Shown here: positions 62,639 to 64,000 of the stretch, in pieces | How the letters are laid out: every line of letters begins with the position of its first letter | Numbering within the stretch: the first letter of the stretch is position 1 | Assembly (NCBI GenBank): GCA_000708835.1 | Contig: DF236982.1 | Coordinates: forward strand, 257,515-321,514 | Reading direction: 5' to 3' | From: Klebsormidium nitens | Lineage: Eukaryota; Plantae; Klebsormidiophyceae | Length of the DNA stretch: 64,000 nucleotides | Position numbers and translations under genes: made by a program | Notes under the pieces: model-generated | Told to the model about the DNA's origin: nothing | What the model saw: the letters and a program-made list of their open reading frames with translations, nothing else | Databases searched by the model: none

Positions 62639-63833
62639 ATGGGGAAGGTCGAAGGAAGTGGAGGGCCCAATGATGAGAGATATGACGACGCAAGGGAGAA
62701 CGCCAATGGTTATGAGCAGCATGCACATGCGCAGCCGCCGGAAGGGTACCCAGCTCCAGCTTACCCGGTCGCGTATCCCCCCGCCTACAGCCAAACCTTT
62801 CCGGAGGGTCAGTCCTTCCGCCTTCAGAAACAATCTGCTTGAGGGTGATGGTTCTTGTGCTGTCGAGGAAAGATAAAAGCATTTAAAAGGAGATAAAGCG
62901 CTGGACTCCGAAGGTCACGTGCATTGACGAACGATTGGGAAACTCAGGTCCTTCATCTGAACAGTAGAAGAAAGAGTGTGAGCACAGGTTCCTTAGAGAT
63001 TATGCTCTTCGTGTTCTCAGGCGGTCCTGCCTAAATTGACCTGGCGGCAATTCTACATCAAAAGGTTTTCGATGCGTGGCTTTTTAACAATCTTCGATAT
63101 TCTCCCTAGCTTGCGACAGCCGTAGTAGACTCAAGAATTCTGGGTGCTTGGCGAGACTCTGCGATCGACTGAGCTGGATCACCTGCTGTAGCAGCATTTA
63201 CCAACCGAAAGCGCGGCCTTCAAGTTCGAGAAAAATTTCAATGTCTGCTACGCTGTTGATCCTGAGCCTTTCTATCTAGAGAATCTTTACCAGAATTAGC
63301 GGCACCTATTCCGGTCATGGCTCTTTTTGAAGAGAGGTAGAAGGCCACATGAATAGTGTTTGGCTGTTTTGCACTCTTTCCTTGACGTTTCCAGGCGCGA
63401 AGACGTAACGTCTGTCAGCGGCAGCACAAATCACCCCTTCACACGTGCGGCTCATTGCACAGCACTTTTCCTGAGGGGAATTTTTCGGACACCTTTCCTG
63501 CAACTCTTCTGTAGATTCATCTTCGGGAAGAAGTGTCTCCTTACCCTTCTGCTTGTCAAAGTCAAGGCATTTATGAAGCTTCCGTCTTTCTCCGTCCGAC
63601 GTTCGGTGTGCAAAATCTACGAGCTAAGAAGTCTTAATGCAGGCTGACCGTTTTAAGCACTCGCAGGCGACCCGGACAAACCTCCTGCCCTCTCGGGCTA
63701 TCCCCCGGGATACGCTCCTGCCCCACCCCGAGCGAATGCGGAACCCGTTCAGGACAAGGACGCGGGCCGCGGCTTTTGGCAGGCCTGCCTGGCGGCGCTG
63801 TGCATATGCTGCTGCTTGAAGTGCTGTTTCTGA
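62639..63833 (+). CDS. CYSTM: Second CYSTM family protein, divergent from the first
   Basis: Exons 62639-62807 and 63667-63833 (phase 1). The protein ends GRGFWQACLAALCICCCLKCCF. Confidence 0.88.
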
Positions 63834-64000
63834 AAGGCGGAGAGAGTTCGATAGGCCCGTCGGCCGTGCGCGCGCGCCGTACTCTCAGCGAGAGGATGGA
63901 GGGGTCTGGGGGGTATTAAAATGAAGGCGGCCGCGCGCGTCCGTTGAAGATCCGCGTCCTGGTGTGCAGTTCAATAGGTCGAGGTGATTCTTGTTAGAAG

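Overview
Intron-rich, GC-rich eukaryotic DNA of a green-plant lineage. A DRM-type methyltransferase, a WBC-type ABCG, CYSTM genes and the splice signals point to a streptophyte alga such as Klebsormidium (inference). Hand-splicing with exon-phase checks gives these genes: a partial F-box/LRR gene (1-718, -); a multi-TM protein with a C-terminal RING (1103-6141, +); a CpG-decayed glycosyltransferase-like pseudogene (8975-10530, +); a small two-repeat Cys-rich protein (12211-13722, +); a PH-like-domain protein with NPF/DPF/WxxF endocytic motifs (15288-19820, -); a 10-exon restriction-type (ResIII-like) SF2 helicase with a GHKL-like N-box (25906-31990, -) set head-to-head with a DRM-type C5 DNA methyltransferase that has an atypical N-terminus (33746-39087, +); an ABCG half-transporter (40658-49479, -); a ~2090-aa coiled-coil protein (51264-59204, +); and a divergent pair of CYSTM genes (60223-63833). 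The two best leads are the divergent helicase/methyltransferase pair and the tandem arrays made of duplicated exon-intron junctions, found at several independent splice sites. No rRNA, tRNA, CRISPR array or recognisable transposase/RT was seen. All family assignments come from motifs recognised by eye, not from database searches.
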